Positions 1 through 9,477 of a stretch of DNA of 38,944 nucleotides are shown here, in pieces. The DNA comes from an uncultured Verrucomicrobiota bacterium. Lineage in GTDB: Bacteria > Verrucomicrobiota > Verrucomicrobiia > JAWXBN01. A program made the translations under genes and the position numbers. The notes beneath the pieces were generated by a model that was given only the letters and a program-made list of their open reading frames with translations, did no database searches and was not told where the DNA came from. Every line of letters begins with the position of its first letter. Position 1 is the first letter of the stretch. The stretch spans positions 48,556 to 87,499 of the forward strand of contig CAYTAI010000001.1 of NCBI GenBank assembly GCA_964435715.1. Direction: 5' to 3'.

Positions 1-2
1 AA

Positions 3-596
3 GACCCGGAGCTGCTGAAAATGGGAGGTGTGCGCCGTGACCTGACCGTGCTTTTTGCCGATGTGAAAGGATTCACCGGTTTGTGCGAGAAAATGCCCCC
101 GGAAGTCGTCGTGCCGGTTTTAAATGAGCTTCTGGATCATGTCACCCCGGTGATTTTCAAACACGATGGCACCCTTGATAAATATATCGGGGATGCGATC
201 ATGGCTTTTTGGGGCGCGCCACAAGAGCAAGCGGATCACGCTCTCCGGGCTGTCAAAGCGGCTCTGGACATGCAACAAGCCATCAGCCAGCTCCAATCCT
301 CCTGGGAGGAACGCGGGTTCCCGGGATTGAGCATGGGCATTGGGATCAATACCGGTCCGATGGTCGTGGGAAATATGGGCTCATCGGATGTGGTCTCTTA
401 CACCGTGATCGGGGATGCGGTCAATCTGGGTGCGCGCATTGAAACGCTGACCAGGCAATATCACGCGGATATTATCATCGGTGAAGAGACCTGGCATCAA
501 GTCAAAGATGCCGTGGAGACCGAGTTTCTGGGGGAAGCCACCGGCAAAGGCAAGACCACATCCGTCCCGATTTACAAGGTCATTAAACTGAAATAA
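3..596 (+). CDS. Class III adenylate/guanylate cyclase catalytic domain protein (5' partial, continues upstream of the window)
   Basis: The frame is open from base 3. The translation has cyclase homology domain hallmarks (LTVLFADVKGFT, DKYIGDAIMAFWGAP, GIGINTGPMVVGNMG, YTVIGDAVNLGARIE). TAA stop at 594-596. Confidence 0.85.
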   Translation, partial: DPELLKMGGVRRDLTVLFADVKGFTGLCEKMPPEVVVPVLNELLDHVTPVIFKHDGTLDKYIGDAIMAFWGAPQEQADHALRAVKAALDMQQAISQLQSSWEERGFPGLSMGIGINTGPMVVGNMGSSDVVSYTVIGDAVNLGARIETLTRQYHADIIIGEETWHQVKDAVETEFLGEATGKGKTTSVPIYKVIKLK

Positions 597-667
597 GCTG
601 TTGCCTTGACCCCCTGCAACAGTTAGAAATCAAATCTTTTCCAAACGAAAAAACAAGGGAACTCTCC

Positions 668-1966
668 GTGAAAGAAACCGGGATAGGAATAATCGGGCTG
701 GGTGTCGTCGGTCAAGGTGTCTTCAAGCACCTTCACCGGAACGCCCCCCTTTTGTCCGAACGAACCGGTTCCCGCCTCTCGGTCAAAAAAGTTTTTGCCC
801 GCAATCGCAAGAAAAAGAGGGATGTCACCATCGCCCCGGCTCTGTGGGCCGCCAATTGGCAATCTGTCGTCGATGATCCCGCGGTGCAAATTGTTGTCGA
901 GCTCGTGGGCGGGACGACCGTCGCGCGGCAAATTGTTTCGACAGCACTCAAAAAAGGTAAAACCGTGGTCACCGCAAATAAAGCATTGTTGGCAGAGCAC
1001 GGGAACGAGCTTTTTGCGCTGTCGGCGAAATACAAGGCACCCTTGTTTTATGAGGCCAGTGTCGCGGGAGGCATTCCCATCATCAAAGCATTGAATGAAG
1101 GGCTGGTGGCAAATCGTGTCCTGAGCCTGCACGGGATCGTCAATGGCACTTGCAATTACATTCTCTCAAGCATGACCCAGAGCGGAGCCGGTTTCGAGAC
1201 AGCACTGGCAGAGGCCCAGAAGCTCGGCTTTGCCGAAGCCGACCCCACCCTTGATATTGACGGATGGGATGCCGCACACAAGACCTGCATTCTCGCCTCA
1301 TTGGCATATGGATTTTGGGTGAATCCCAAACAAATGTATGTCGAGGGGATTCGCCGCATCAGTGCCCAAGACATTTGTTATGCCCGCCAGCTGGGTTATG
1401 TGATCAAATTGCTCGGCATCATCCGCGCCGACGGGAAAAACGATGTCGAGATACGGGTGCATCCGGCATTGGTGCCCAAAGAGCATGTGCTCGCCCAGGT
1501 CAATGGATCCTTCAATGCCATTTGTGTCCGCGGGGACGTCGTCGGTGACACTTTGTTTTATGGGCGCGGCGCGGGCCAGGATCCCACAGCCAGCGCGGTC
1601 ATCGGTGATATCGCCGAGGCGGCGGGATATCTCACGACGAATAAACAAGTCCGCTCTTTCTGTGCCCACAAGCTATACGGCAAAGTCAAAAAAATCGACG
1701 ACACGGTCAACCGCTATTACTTGCGGCTGAGTGTGCTGGATAAACCCGGTGTGCTCGCGCAAATTGCGCGGATTCTGAGCAAACACAAAATCGGCATCTC
1801 ATCGGTGATCCAGCCCGAGAGCGACGAGGAGGGGGAGCATGTCCCGCTCGTGCTTTTGATTCATGATTCCCTCGAGCGCAATTTGCGCGCGGCACTCAAA
1901 CAAATCGACAAACTCTCCACGGTCAAAGCTCCCACGCGCCTGATCCGGATTGAAACTTTTGAATAA
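668..1966 (+). CDS. hom: Homoserine dehydrogenase
   Basis: 432 aa with a GTG start. N-terminal NAD-binding GIIGLGVVGQGV, a central homoserine dehydrogenase core (NGTCNYILS, EADPTLDIDGWDAAHK) and a C-terminal ACT-like region. Sits directly upstream of thrC and lysC. Confidence 0.92.
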   Translation: MKETGIGIIGLGVVGQGVFKHLHRNAPLLSERTGSRLSVKKVFARNRKKKRDVTIAPALWAANWQSVVDDPAVQIVVELVGGTTVARQIVSTALKKGKTVVTANKALLAEHGNELFALSAKYKAPLFYEASVAGGIPIIKALNEGLVANRVLSLHGIVNGTCNYILSSMTQSGAGFETALAEAQKLGFAEADPTLDIDGWDAAHKTCILASLAYGFWVNPKQMYVEGIRRISAQDICYARQLGYVIKLLGIIRADGKNDVEIRVHPALVPKEHVLAQVNGSFNAICVRGDVVGDTLFYGRGAGQDPTASAVIGDIAEAAGYLTTNKQVRSFCAHKLYGKVKKIDDTVNRYYLRLSVLDKPGVLAQIARILSKHKIGISSVIQPESDEEGEHVPLVLLIHDSLERNLRAALKQIDKLSTVKAPTRLIRIETFE

Positions 1967-1967
1967 C

Positions 1968-3022
1968 ATGTCCACGCCTTCCCACTACGCAGGACTCATC
2001 CGCCGTTACCGCCGTTTTCTGCCCGTGACGGACAAGACCCCTGTCGTCACCTTGCATGAAGGGAATACCCCCCTCGTCGCTGTCGACCGTTTTGTCAAAG
2101 CCATCGGCGGGAAATTCAAGCTCTACCTCAAATATGAAGGGCTCAATCCCACTTGCTCTTGACGATGGCCATTTCCAAGGCGGCGGAGGAAGGCGCAAAA
2201 GTCGTCATTTGTGCCAGCACCGGAAATACCTCGGCCTCGGCGGCGGCTTATGCGGCACGCGCGGGGATGAAAGCCGTCGTGCTCCTGCCCGCAGGAAAAA
2301 TCGCCCTCGGCAAGCTCGCCCAGGCCATGATGTATGGAGCGCAGATTATATCCATCGACGGGAATTTTGATGAGGCTCTCAATCTTGTGCGTGAGATCGG
2401 CGCCCTCGGCGGGGTAGCAGTGGTCAATTCCATTAACCCCGTCCGGATCGAAGGGCAAAAAACGGCTTCCTTTGAAATCGTCGATGACCTCGGGGACGCT
2501 CCTGACTGTCATTTCCTGCCCGTTGGCAATGCCGGAAATATCACCGCCTATTGGAAGGGCTTTCAAGAATACCACGCCGCCGGCCTTGCGCGCAAATTGC
2601 CCCGGATGTGCGGCTGGCAAGCCGCGGGTGCCGCACCGATTGTCCTCGGTCACGTCGTGGATCATCCGCACACGGTCGCCACCGCGATCCGGATTGGCAA
2701 CCCCGCCAGTTGGAAAGGAGCCTCTGCCGCCGCACGGGACTCGGGTGGTTTCATCGACTTGGTCACTGACGAGGAAATCCTCTCTGCATACAAGCTCCTC
2801 GCCTGCACAGAAGGCATTTTTGTGGAGCCCGCCTGCGCCGCTCCGCTGGCAGGATTGATGAAAAAATTAAAGGCCGACGCGCAATTTGCCCGGGAGAGTG
2901 TGATCACCGCCACAATGACCGGGCACGGTCTCAAAGATCCCGACTCCGCCATCGGTGCCAGCGGACATCCGATCACGGTGCCTGCGACCAAAGACGCCGT
3001 TCTCAAGGCGATTGGAATCTAG
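1968..3022 (+). pseudogene. thrC: Threonine synthase disrupted by a frameshifting deletion that removes the PLP-lysine motif
   Basis: The N-terminal piece (1968..2162) ends in EGLNPT-CS-stop. The C-terminal piece (2162 onward, other frame) starts TMAISKAAEEG..CASTGNTSASAAAYAARAG and is otherwise a full-length ThrC. The conserved GSFKDRGM block (24 nt) is represented by only 8 nt (2154-2161). Confidence 0.8.
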
Positions 3023-3032
3023 GGAAAAATTT

Positions 3033-4265
3033 ATGGCTTTGATTGTTCAAAAATACGGCGGGACAAGCGTCGCAAATCCTGAGAGGATTCGCAATGTCGC
3101 CGCCCGTGTCAAAAAATGGCAGGAGCAAGGCCACAAAATCGTCGTCGTGGTCTCTGCCATGAGCGGTGTCACCGACAACTTGATCAAGCTCGCCCGGGAC
3201 GTGTCGGATCACCCGAGCGAACGCGAGATGGATGTCTTGCTGGCGACGGGAGAGCAAACCACCATCGCGCTCACAGCGATGGCTTTGCATTCCCTCGGTG
3301 TCAAAGCCGTTTCACTGACCGGGGCACAGGCGGGAATCGTGACCGATGGCATCCACAGCAAGGCAAAGATTCAGAATATCACTCCGAAAAAAGTCCATGC
3401 CCATCTCGACAGCGGCGAGGTCGTCATTGTCGCGGGATTCCAAGGGGAAAATCACGACGGTCATATCACGACCCTCGGACGAGGCGGCTCGGACTTGACC
3501 GCCATTGCGCTGGCGGCTGCACTCAAAGCGGATCTTTGCCAGATTTACACGGATGTGGACGGGGTTTATACTTGCGACCCGCGGATTGTTAAAGGCGCGC
3601 GAAAAATTCATGAGATTTCTTATGATGAAATGCTCGAGATGGCGAGTCTCGGCAGTAAAGTCATGCAATCCCGCTCGGTGGAGTTTGCTAAAAAATTCGG
3701 GGTGGTATTCGAGGTGCGCACGAGCCTGGGCGAGCAAGAAGGCACAATCATCAAAGAGGAGACAAAAAATATGGAAGATGTCGTCATTCGCGGTGTGTCC
3801 GTCGATAAAAATCAAATCAAATTGTCCGTGGAAAATCTTCCTGACGTCCCCGGAATTGCCGCCAAGCTTTTCCGCCTGTTGTCGGACTCCAATGTCAATG
3901 TGGACATGATCGTGCAGAACAACAGCCGGCTCAGCGACAAAAATACCGACCTGACATTCACGGTTTCCAAAGAGGACGAGGCGCGCGCGACCAAGGCGAT
4001 CGAGGCTTTTGTCCATGACCACAAAGCTCATTCCTCCGAGGTGCGTCTCGGTCAGAAACACGAGGCCGCCAAGGTGTCTGTCGTCGGTGTGGGAATGCGC
4101 TCGCACTCCGGGGTCGCGGCGACAATGTTTGAGGCACTCGCCCAGGAAAAAATCAATATCCAGCTCATCAGCACCTCCGAGATCAAAATCTCCGTCATCA
4201 TCGACCTCGCCGACGCCGACCGCGCTGCCAATATCATTCACGACAAATTCGGTTTGGCAAAGTAG
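3033..4265 (+). CDS. lysC: Aspartate kinase (with C-terminal ACT domains)
   Basis: Starts MALIVQKYGGTSV at the ATG at 3033. The track ORF start at 2955 overlaps thrC and is unlikely. Motifs SAMSGVTD, GRGGSDLTA and tandem ACT regions. TAG stop. Confidence 0.92.
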   Translation: MALIVQKYGGTSVANPERIRNVAARVKKWQEQGHKIVVVVSAMSGVTDNLIKLARDVSDHPSEREMDVLLATGEQTTIALTAMALHSLGVKAVSLTGAQAGIVTDGIHSKAKIQNITPKKVHAHLDSGEVVIVAGFQGENHDGHITTLGRGGSDLTAIALAAALKADLCQIYTDVDGVYTCDPRIVKGARKIHEISYDEMLEMASLGSKVMQSRSVEFAKKFGVVFEVRTSLGEQEGTIIKEETKNMEDVVIRGVSVDKNQIKLSVENLPDVPGIAAKLFRLLSDSNVNVDMIVQNNSRLSDKNTDLTFTVSKEDEARATKAIEAFVHDHKAHSSEVRLGQKHEAAKVSVVGVGMRSHSGVAATMFEALAQEKINIQLISTSEIKISVIIDLADADRAANIIHDKFGLAK

Positions 4266-4354
4266 TCGTTGGTCCCCCCACGAATTCCGGGTCTCGAAAA
4301 CGGGTCGATAGCAAATCCGAGCTTATGTCATTTCGAGGGTGAAAATATTTTTTA

Positions 4355-4873
4355 TCAGCCAATCGAGCCATCAAGGAGACCGATGAAAAGCGGGTCATTT
4401 TTCAGCGGGGTGAAATCGGGGTCTTGGGCGGCGAGGGCGCGGCAATTTGCGTGGAGCTTGACGGCTTTTTCGAGAAGAAACAATGCGTGTCCGGTATTCC
4501 CAAGCTGGGTTTCGTAACAGGCGAGGTTGTACAAAATCAGCCATTCCTTTGGAAAGCGTATTGCCCCCTTGCGGAGGATGTCCCGTGCTTCGTTGATATT
4601 CCGGGCACGGCGTGTGGCGTAGGCTGAGAGGATGAACCACGCGCTGCGACCCGAGCAATTTGTCTCATGAGCGAGAAGGAGTTCTGCCGCCCGCGCAAAT
4701 TGCTCCAGAGAATTGAGAATGCCCGCCCGCATCAGGATGGCGTCCGGATGTGCGCGGTCGGCTTCCGCCAAAGAATCCAGCTCGATCAAGGCATCGTCGT
4801 CCATGCCGAGGGAGTGGTAACCGCTGGCGCGTTCAATGGCTTTCAGGCTTTCAGCTGACACGACAGGATTCAT
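4355..4873 (-). CDS. Hypothetical helical-repeat (TPR-like) protein
   Basis: I chose the internal ATG at 4873 (MNPVVSAESL). The longer ORF to 4984 would overlap the upstream thioesterase gene. All-helical repeat character (LILYNLACYETQLGNTGHALFLLEKAVKL). Confidence 0.55.
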   Translation of the reverse strand: MNPVVSAESLKAIERASGYHSLGMDDDALIELDSLAEADRAHPDAILMRAGILNSLEQFARAAELLLAHETNCSGRSAWFILSAYATRRARNINEARDILRKGAIRFPKEWLILYNLACYETQLGNTGHALFLLEKAVKLHANCRALAAQDPDFTPLKNDPLFIGLLDGSIG

Positions 4874-4896
4874 AATGAAAAACACGGGGGCAAAAG

Positions 4897-5301
4897 TTAT
4901 TTGGAAAAAAACTCCGCCCATTCTTTCGGGGCGGGTTGCACCTTGCCCTCGGGCATCTTGAGCAGGGCGAGGGTTTGATGGCAATGGATGAGTTTCTTGC
5001 CGTCCCTGGGACGGATGATCTCCGTGGTGACATGAAACCGCACACGATCCACTCCCGTGAGGGTCGAGACAATATCGAGAGTTTCCCCGAGACGGGCGGG
5101 TTTGAGATAGTCAATCTCCGTCCTCACGACCACGGCAAAAAGATTTTGCGCGGCGCAGGTTTTGATGTCGTGACCCAGTTGCGCGGCGAGTTTTGTGCGG
5201 GCATACTCGATAAAGCGCAGGTAGGCGATATTGTGAACCACCCCGCCCGCGTCGGTGTCGTAGAACATCACCTCGATTTTGCCGGTGTAGACCGTTTTCA
5301 T
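4897..5301 (-). CDS. Acyl-CoA thioesterase, 4HBT/YbgC hotdog family
   Basis: From MKTVYTGKIEVMFYDTDAGGVVHNIAYLRFIEYAR, the typical 4HBT catalytic Asp region. The ATG at 5301 overlaps the UDG stop by 4 nt (ATGA). Confidence 0.8.
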   Translation of the reverse strand: MKTVYTGKIEVMFYDTDAGGVVHNIAYLRFIEYARTKLAAQLGHDIKTCAAQNLFAVVVRTEIDYLKPARLGETLDIVSTLTGVDRVRFHVTTEIIRPRDGKKLIHCHQTLALLKMPEGKVQPAPKEWAEFFSK

Positions 5302-6236
5302 GATTGGATGGCGTTTAAAAAATAATTTTGCTGTTTTTCGGAGACGGGCATCCCGAGTTTCATCATCACGGCGATGAGATCCTCCCATGCTTTGCGTTTT
5401 TCGGTGAGACCGGAGGGACCGGCTTTGCGGAGCAAATAGCTCGGATGATAGGTTGGCATGACGGGGATTCCGCGGAAATCGAGCCATTTTCCGCGCAATT
5501 TGCCAATGCCGGTATCCAGACTCAAGAGTCCGCGGACAGCGGATGAGCCGAGAGCGACAAGGACTTTGGGCCGGATGATGTCGATTTGAGAAATGATGTA
5601 GGGGCGGCAGTTGTTGATTTCATCCGGTGTGGGCGGGCGATTCCCGGTCGAGCCTGATGGCATGTCGGGGCGGCACTTGAGGATATTGCCGATGTAAATA
5701 TCATTACGGTCGAGCCTCATCGCCTGGATCATTTTGGTGAGCAATTGTCCGGCGCGCCCGACGAAGGGTTCCCCCTGGACATCTTCTTCAGCTCCGGGAG
5801 CCTCTCCGACAAACATGAGATCGGCATGGATGGTGCCTGTGCCAAAAACAACTTGTGTCCGTGTGCGTGCCAGATGCGGACAGATTTGGCAGGCGATTAC
5901 CCGTTCCTGCAATTTTTTGAATTCACTTTCTTTGTCCTCCGCGGAGAGCGGTGGACCGAAAGAAATTGCCGGAACAGGAGTTGTGGTTGGCGCAGGATCC
6001 GGCGCGGGCGCGGGTTTCTGGGATATCGATTTGCGTGGAGCAATTTGCCCCGGGAGTGTGGGCGTGTCGGGAGCGTGTCGGGGCGTGGGTTGCGGGGGCG
6101 GGGAGCCGGGAGCAACCGGGCGGGCGAGGGCGAGCAATTCCTCACGGGAAGCCTCAATGTGGGTGACTCCGTCGCTTTTGAGTTGATGAAGATAGCCGAT
6201 GACGGCGTCCAGTCCGTCTGTAAATGCAGTGCTCAT
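5298..6236 (-). CDS. Uracil-DNA glycosylase, family 4, with a Pro-rich N-terminal extension
   Basis: C-terminal domain has CxxCxL...VFGTG...MFVGEAPGAEED..GEPFVGRAGQLL...NILKCRP...HPSYLLR, the family 4 UDG signature. There is a 4-nt overlap with rluD. Confidence 0.85.
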   Translation of the reverse strand: MSTAFTDGLDAVIGYLHQLKSDGVTHIEASREELLALARPVAPGSPPPQPTPRHAPDTPTLPGQIAPRKSISQKPAPAPDPAPTTTPVPAISFGPPLSAEDKESEFKKLQERVIACQICPHLARTRTQVVFGTGTIHADLMFVGEAPGAEEDVQGEPFVGRAGQLLTKMIQAMRLDRNDIYIGNILKCRPDMPSGSTGNRPPTPDEINNCRPYIISQIDIIRPKVLVALGSSAVRGLLSLDTGIGKLRGKWLDFRGIPVMPTYHPSYLLRKAGPSGLTEKRKAWEDLIAVMMKLGMPVSEKQQNYFLNAIQS

Positions 6237-7150
6237 GTCAATTGATTGAGTATAGTCAGAAAATCTTCCGGCAGGGGAGCGATAAATTCAAGCTTTCTGC
6301 CCGTGCGGGGATGAGCGAAAGCCAGTTTAAAGGCATGGAGCATTTGCCGGTCAGGATTTGCCTGGGGATTATTGAGTTTGGCTTTGCCATAAATGCGATC
6401 ACCGAGGACGGGATAGGATTTGCTCGAGAGATGCACGCGGATTTGATGGGTTCGTCCTGTCGAGATGTGGCACTCCACATACGAGTAGTGTGTGAGCCTT
6501 TTGAGCACGGTGACGTGTGTGAGTGCCGGGCGGCCGCCGGCCGGGACAATCGCCATTTTCTGGCGGTTCTGCGGATGCCGCCCGATGGGCAGGTCGATGT
6601 CGAATCGGTCTGGTTGTACGCGTCCCCAGACCAGGACGCGGTAAATTTTTTCAAGGCTGCGGGACTGGAAGGCGCGGACGAGTTTCTGGTGGGTGAAATC
6701 ATTTTTTGCAACGACCAGGCAGCCGCTGGTGTCTTTATCGAGACGATGAACGATGCCGGGGCGCTCCACCCCGCCGATGCCGGAGAGCGATTTGCCACAG
6801 TGCGCGAGCAGGGCATTGACGAGGGTGTGCTCCCAGTTGCCCGCGCCGGGGTGTACAACCATGCCGGCGGCTTTATTCACGACAATCAGGTCGGAGTCTT
6901 CATAGAGGATTTCGAGGGGAATGGCTTCCGCTGCAATGGCGAGGGGTTTGGGGTCGGGGATTTTGGCGGTGATATGGTCGCCCACCGAGAGCATTTGACT
7001 GGAGAGGCAGGCTTTGCCATTGAGTGTCACGAGCCCTTGTTTGACACATTTTTGGAGGAAGGAGCGTGAATGAGGAATATGTGCCGGCAGAAAAAGATCC
7101 ATCCGGCAACCCCCTTTGCCGGGCTCGACAGTGATTTCATATATTTTCAC
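6233..7150 (-). CDS. rluD: RluA-family 23S rRNA pseudouridine synthase (RluD-like, with S4 domain)
   Basis: GTG start. N-terminal S4-like segment (RMDLFL...LQKCVKQGLVTLNG), catalytic HRLDKDTSG motif and GRTHQIRVH. Confidence 0.88.
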   Translation of the reverse strand: MKIYEITVEPGKGGCRMDLFLPAHIPHSRSFLQKCVKQGLVTLNGKACLSSQMLSVGDHITAKIPDPKPLAIAAEAIPLEILYEDSDLIVVNKAAGMVVHPGAGNWEHTLVNALLAHCGKSLSGIGGVERPGIVHRLDKDTSGCLVVAKNDFTHQKLVRAFQSRSLEKIYRVLVWGRVQPDRFDIDLPIGRHPQNRQKMAIVPAGGRPALTHVTVLKRLTHYSYVECHISTGRTHQIRVHLSSKSYPVLGDRIYGKAKLNNPQANPDRQMLHAFKLAFAHPRTGRKLEFIAPLPEDFLTILNQLT

Positions 7151-7205
7151 AAGGGGGAAAATACAGGATTGTACGACCGGCAGGCAATGGTAATATCCTT
7201 TTCCA

Positions 7206-9020
7206 ATGGCTCAAGTCGTCAATGAACTTAATTGCATCCACTGCAATACACTCCTTTCCGTCGAAGGAATCGAACCGCTCTCCCGTGTAGCGTGTCCGGT
7301 TTGTGCCCATGAGAACCTGGTGCCGCTGATCGTTGCCAATTACCGGATTGTCTCCATGATCGGAACGGGCGGGCAGGGAACTGTTTATCGCGCCCATGAC
7401 ACTTCATTAAACCGCGTGGTGGCTGTGAAACTCCTGAAGGCGGAGCTTGCCTCCGACCAGCAATTCATTACGAATTTCGCCCGTGAAGCCCGCGCTGTGG
7501 CGATGGTGACGCATCCGTATGTGGTGCAGATATATTCTTTTGGCGAGGACGAGGGGCAATATTACCTCGCCATGGAGCTCATGGAGCAGGGGAATCTCGA
7601 TGATAGAATTGAAAAGGAAGTCAAACTCCCCGAGGTCGAGGTCCTGCAAATCGGCGCGCAAATTGCCGCAGGTCTCCAGGCGGCCTTTGAGAAAGGATTG
7701 ATCCACCGGGACATCAAACCCGGAAATATTCTTTTTGATGATCATATGCAGGCGAAGCTCGTGGATTTCGGCCTTGCCACCGTCGAAGGAGCGAATGCCA
7801 ATCAGGAAATCTGGGGCACGCCTTATTACATATCGCCGGAGAAACTCAGCGGCGGGCATGAGGATTTCCGCAGTGACATCTACAGTCTGGGAGCGACACT
7901 TTTTCATGCGATTGCCGGGCGTCCGCCATTTGAGGGGGAAGATGCCACCGAAATTGTCGCCAAACACATGCAATCCCACGCCGTTTCGCTTCAAGCTTTT
8001 GCCCCGCATGTGGCGGATGAGACGGCTTATGTGATTAATAAAATGCTCAATAAAAATCCGTATGAGCGTTATGCGAGTTATGACGAGCTGCTCCAGCATT
8101 TGAATTACGCGCGCGAACAAATCGAAGCCCGCTTTCAGAATCCGCAAGCAGCCCAAAAACAAACCTTCAAAATGGAGGAGGAGCCGGACAAAAACCCGCT
8201 GATTCTTTGGGGTGTTATCGGGATGCTGGCGGTTGTCATCGGGTTAATTGTTTTTGTCGGGCTGAATTATGAAATGCTTTTTGGCCTCGAAACAAAAAAA
8301 GAGACCGCCAAAGCTGTTGTCACGGAGAAGTCAAAGTTATCTTTGGAACAACAGGACATGTGGAACAAGGGAAATCAATTCCTTTCAACCGGGCAATTTG
8401 CCGAGGCACTCGAAGAGTATACCCGGCTTCAAGAGCAACTTCCGGTCGATGCTCAAAACCCTGTTTCTCAATGGCTCCCTCTTCAAATCATGGCGGCTTA
8501 TTATGGGGCGGGAGATTTACCCAAAATCAACGAAATGATTGTGACATTCAAAGCGGGCAATGAAATCGCCCTGCCGGCAAAAATCTCGCCTGATAAATTG
8601 ACGCAAGAAATAATCAAGGCCGTCACGACACGCCGCCCGGCCAATGACGAGAATAATTGGATTTCACAGCAAAGCAGGGATGTCTCCCGCATGGCGTCAT
8701 TTTACCTCGCGATGAAAGCCCTCTCCCTTTCAAATTATGACCGGGCAGTGGAGCTTTTTAAGCGGTCCCAGAGTATCGCGGTGACGGAAGGCTGGATGAG
8801 ACAAACGGGTGATTTCGGAAAAAAATTTGAAGATGATTACAATTTATACAAATCCTTGGATCAAAAAATCAAGGCCGTCACTGATGAGGAACAAGCTAAA
8901 AGTGTCATCGCAGAAATTTCCACCGCCATGACCGCGATCCGGTTCCCCGTCTTTTTGGAATCATTGCGCGCCTCTGAGTATGATTTAAAAACAAGATTCG
9001 AGCAACCGGCTACCCCTTGA
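7206..9020 (+). CDS. Serine/threonine protein kinase with N-terminal zinc-ribbon, one TM helix and a helical C-terminal domain
   Basis: CxxC...CPVC at the N-terminus. Hanks kinase motifs GTGGQGTVY, VAVK, HRDIKPGNIL, DFG and GTPYYISPE. A hydrophobic helix (ILWGVIGMLAVVIGLIVFVGL) is followed by about 250 aa of helical/TPR-like sequence. Confidence 0.9.
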   Translation: MAQVVNELNCIHCNTLLSVEGIEPLSRVACPVCAHENLVPLIVANYRIVSMIGTGGQGTVYRAHDTSLNRVVAVKLLKAELASDQQFITNFAREARAVAMVTHPYVVQIYSFGEDEGQYYLAMELMEQGNLDDRIEKEVKLPEVEVLQIGAQIAAGLQAAFEKGLIHRDIKPGNILFDDHMQAKLVDFGLATVEGANANQEIWGTPYYISPEKLSGGHEDFRSDIYSLGATLFHAIAGRPPFEGEDATEIVAKHMQSHAVSLQAFAPHVADETAYVINKMLNKNPYERYASYDELLQHLNYAREQIEARFQNPQAAQKQTFKMEEEPDKNPLILWGVIGMLAVVIGLIVFVGLNYEMLFGLETKKETAKAVVTEKSKLSLEQQDMWNKGNQFLSTGQFAEALEEYTRLQEQLPVDAQNPVSQWLPLQIMAAYYGAGDLPKINEMIVTFKAGNEIALPAKISPDKLTQEIIKAVTTRRPANDENNWISQQSRDVSRMASFYLAMKALSLSNYDRAVELFKRSQSIAVTEGWMRQTGDFGKKFEDDYNLYKSLDQKIKAVTDEEQAKSVIAEISTAMTAIRFPVFLESLRASEYDLKTRFEQPATP

Positions 9021-9467
9021 ATGGATATGAAGGGATTTTCAAGGGTGATATTTGTTTTTTTTGCGAGCCTTCTGGCGGGCAGTTCGATTTTCATGAGTTT
9101 TGTCGTTGCACCCGTGGCTTTCAGGCGGTTTCCCAAAGAGCTGGCCGGTGATATCACGGGGGCGCTTTTTCCCGCTTATTTTGCGGTGCAAATTGCTTCA
9201 TCGTTATTGTTGATCATTTCATTACTCCCCTTTTTTATCCGGGGACATAAAAGTCATATTACTTCGGTGATTTTTGCAGGAGTCATCCTCTTTTCCGCGA
9301 GTTTGAATTTATTTGCTGTTCTCCCTCAAGCACGGGAATACCGTGGAAATGAAAAGTACCGGGAGGAATTCCGCAGGGAACACTCCAAAAGCATGATATT
9401 GAATCTCGCGGCTGTTCTTGCTTCGGCGGGAATTATTGTGCTCATCCCGCGCTCCTTAAATGGATGA
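9021..9467 (+). CDS. DUF4149-like small membrane protein
   Basis: The ATG directly abuts the kinase TGA stop. About 4 hydrophobic helices. The N-terminal pattern (AGSSIFMSFVVAPVAFRRFPKELAGDITGALFPAYF) resembles DUF4149 family members. Confidence 0.65.
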   Translation: MDMKGFSRVIFVFFASLLAGSSIFMSFVVAPVAFRRFPKELAGDITGALFPAYFAVQIASSLLLIISLLPFFIRGHKSHITSVIFAGVILFSASLNLFAVLPQAREYRGNEKYREEFRREHSKSMILNLAAVLASAGIIVLIPRSLNG

Positions 9468-9477
9468 GACTGCTTTT

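Noticed and set aside
598-622. A hairpin (ctgttgc / gcaacag) after the cyclase gene as a terminator
   Set aside because: The stem is only 7 bp, the loop is 11 nt, and there is no clear U-tract. This is too weak to call.
2955-3032. N-terminal extensions offered by the ORF track: 2955 for lysC, 4984 for the TPR-like gene, 5487 for the thioesterase, 10956 for the regulator, 13111 for the TPR gene, 13870 for the antitoxin, 27000 for the pLGIC, 30358 for the MBL gene and 35025 for ndk
   Set aside because: The extensions overlap upstream genes or run through repeats. They are Pro/Arg/Ser-rich junk. In each case an internal ATG coincides with the start of the conserved domain.
3312-4241. Other long antisense ORFs: 3312..4241(-), 6224..7069(+), 16717..17700(+), 27046..28146(+), 28273..29412(+), 30394..31581(-), 35636..36409(-), 623..1132(-), 7407..8162(-)
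   Set aside because: Each lies opposite a gene with strong family motifs (lysC, rluD, desaturase, isomerase-like gene, dehydrogenase fusion, antiporter, atpB, hom, kinase). Each translates to biased, motif-less sequence.
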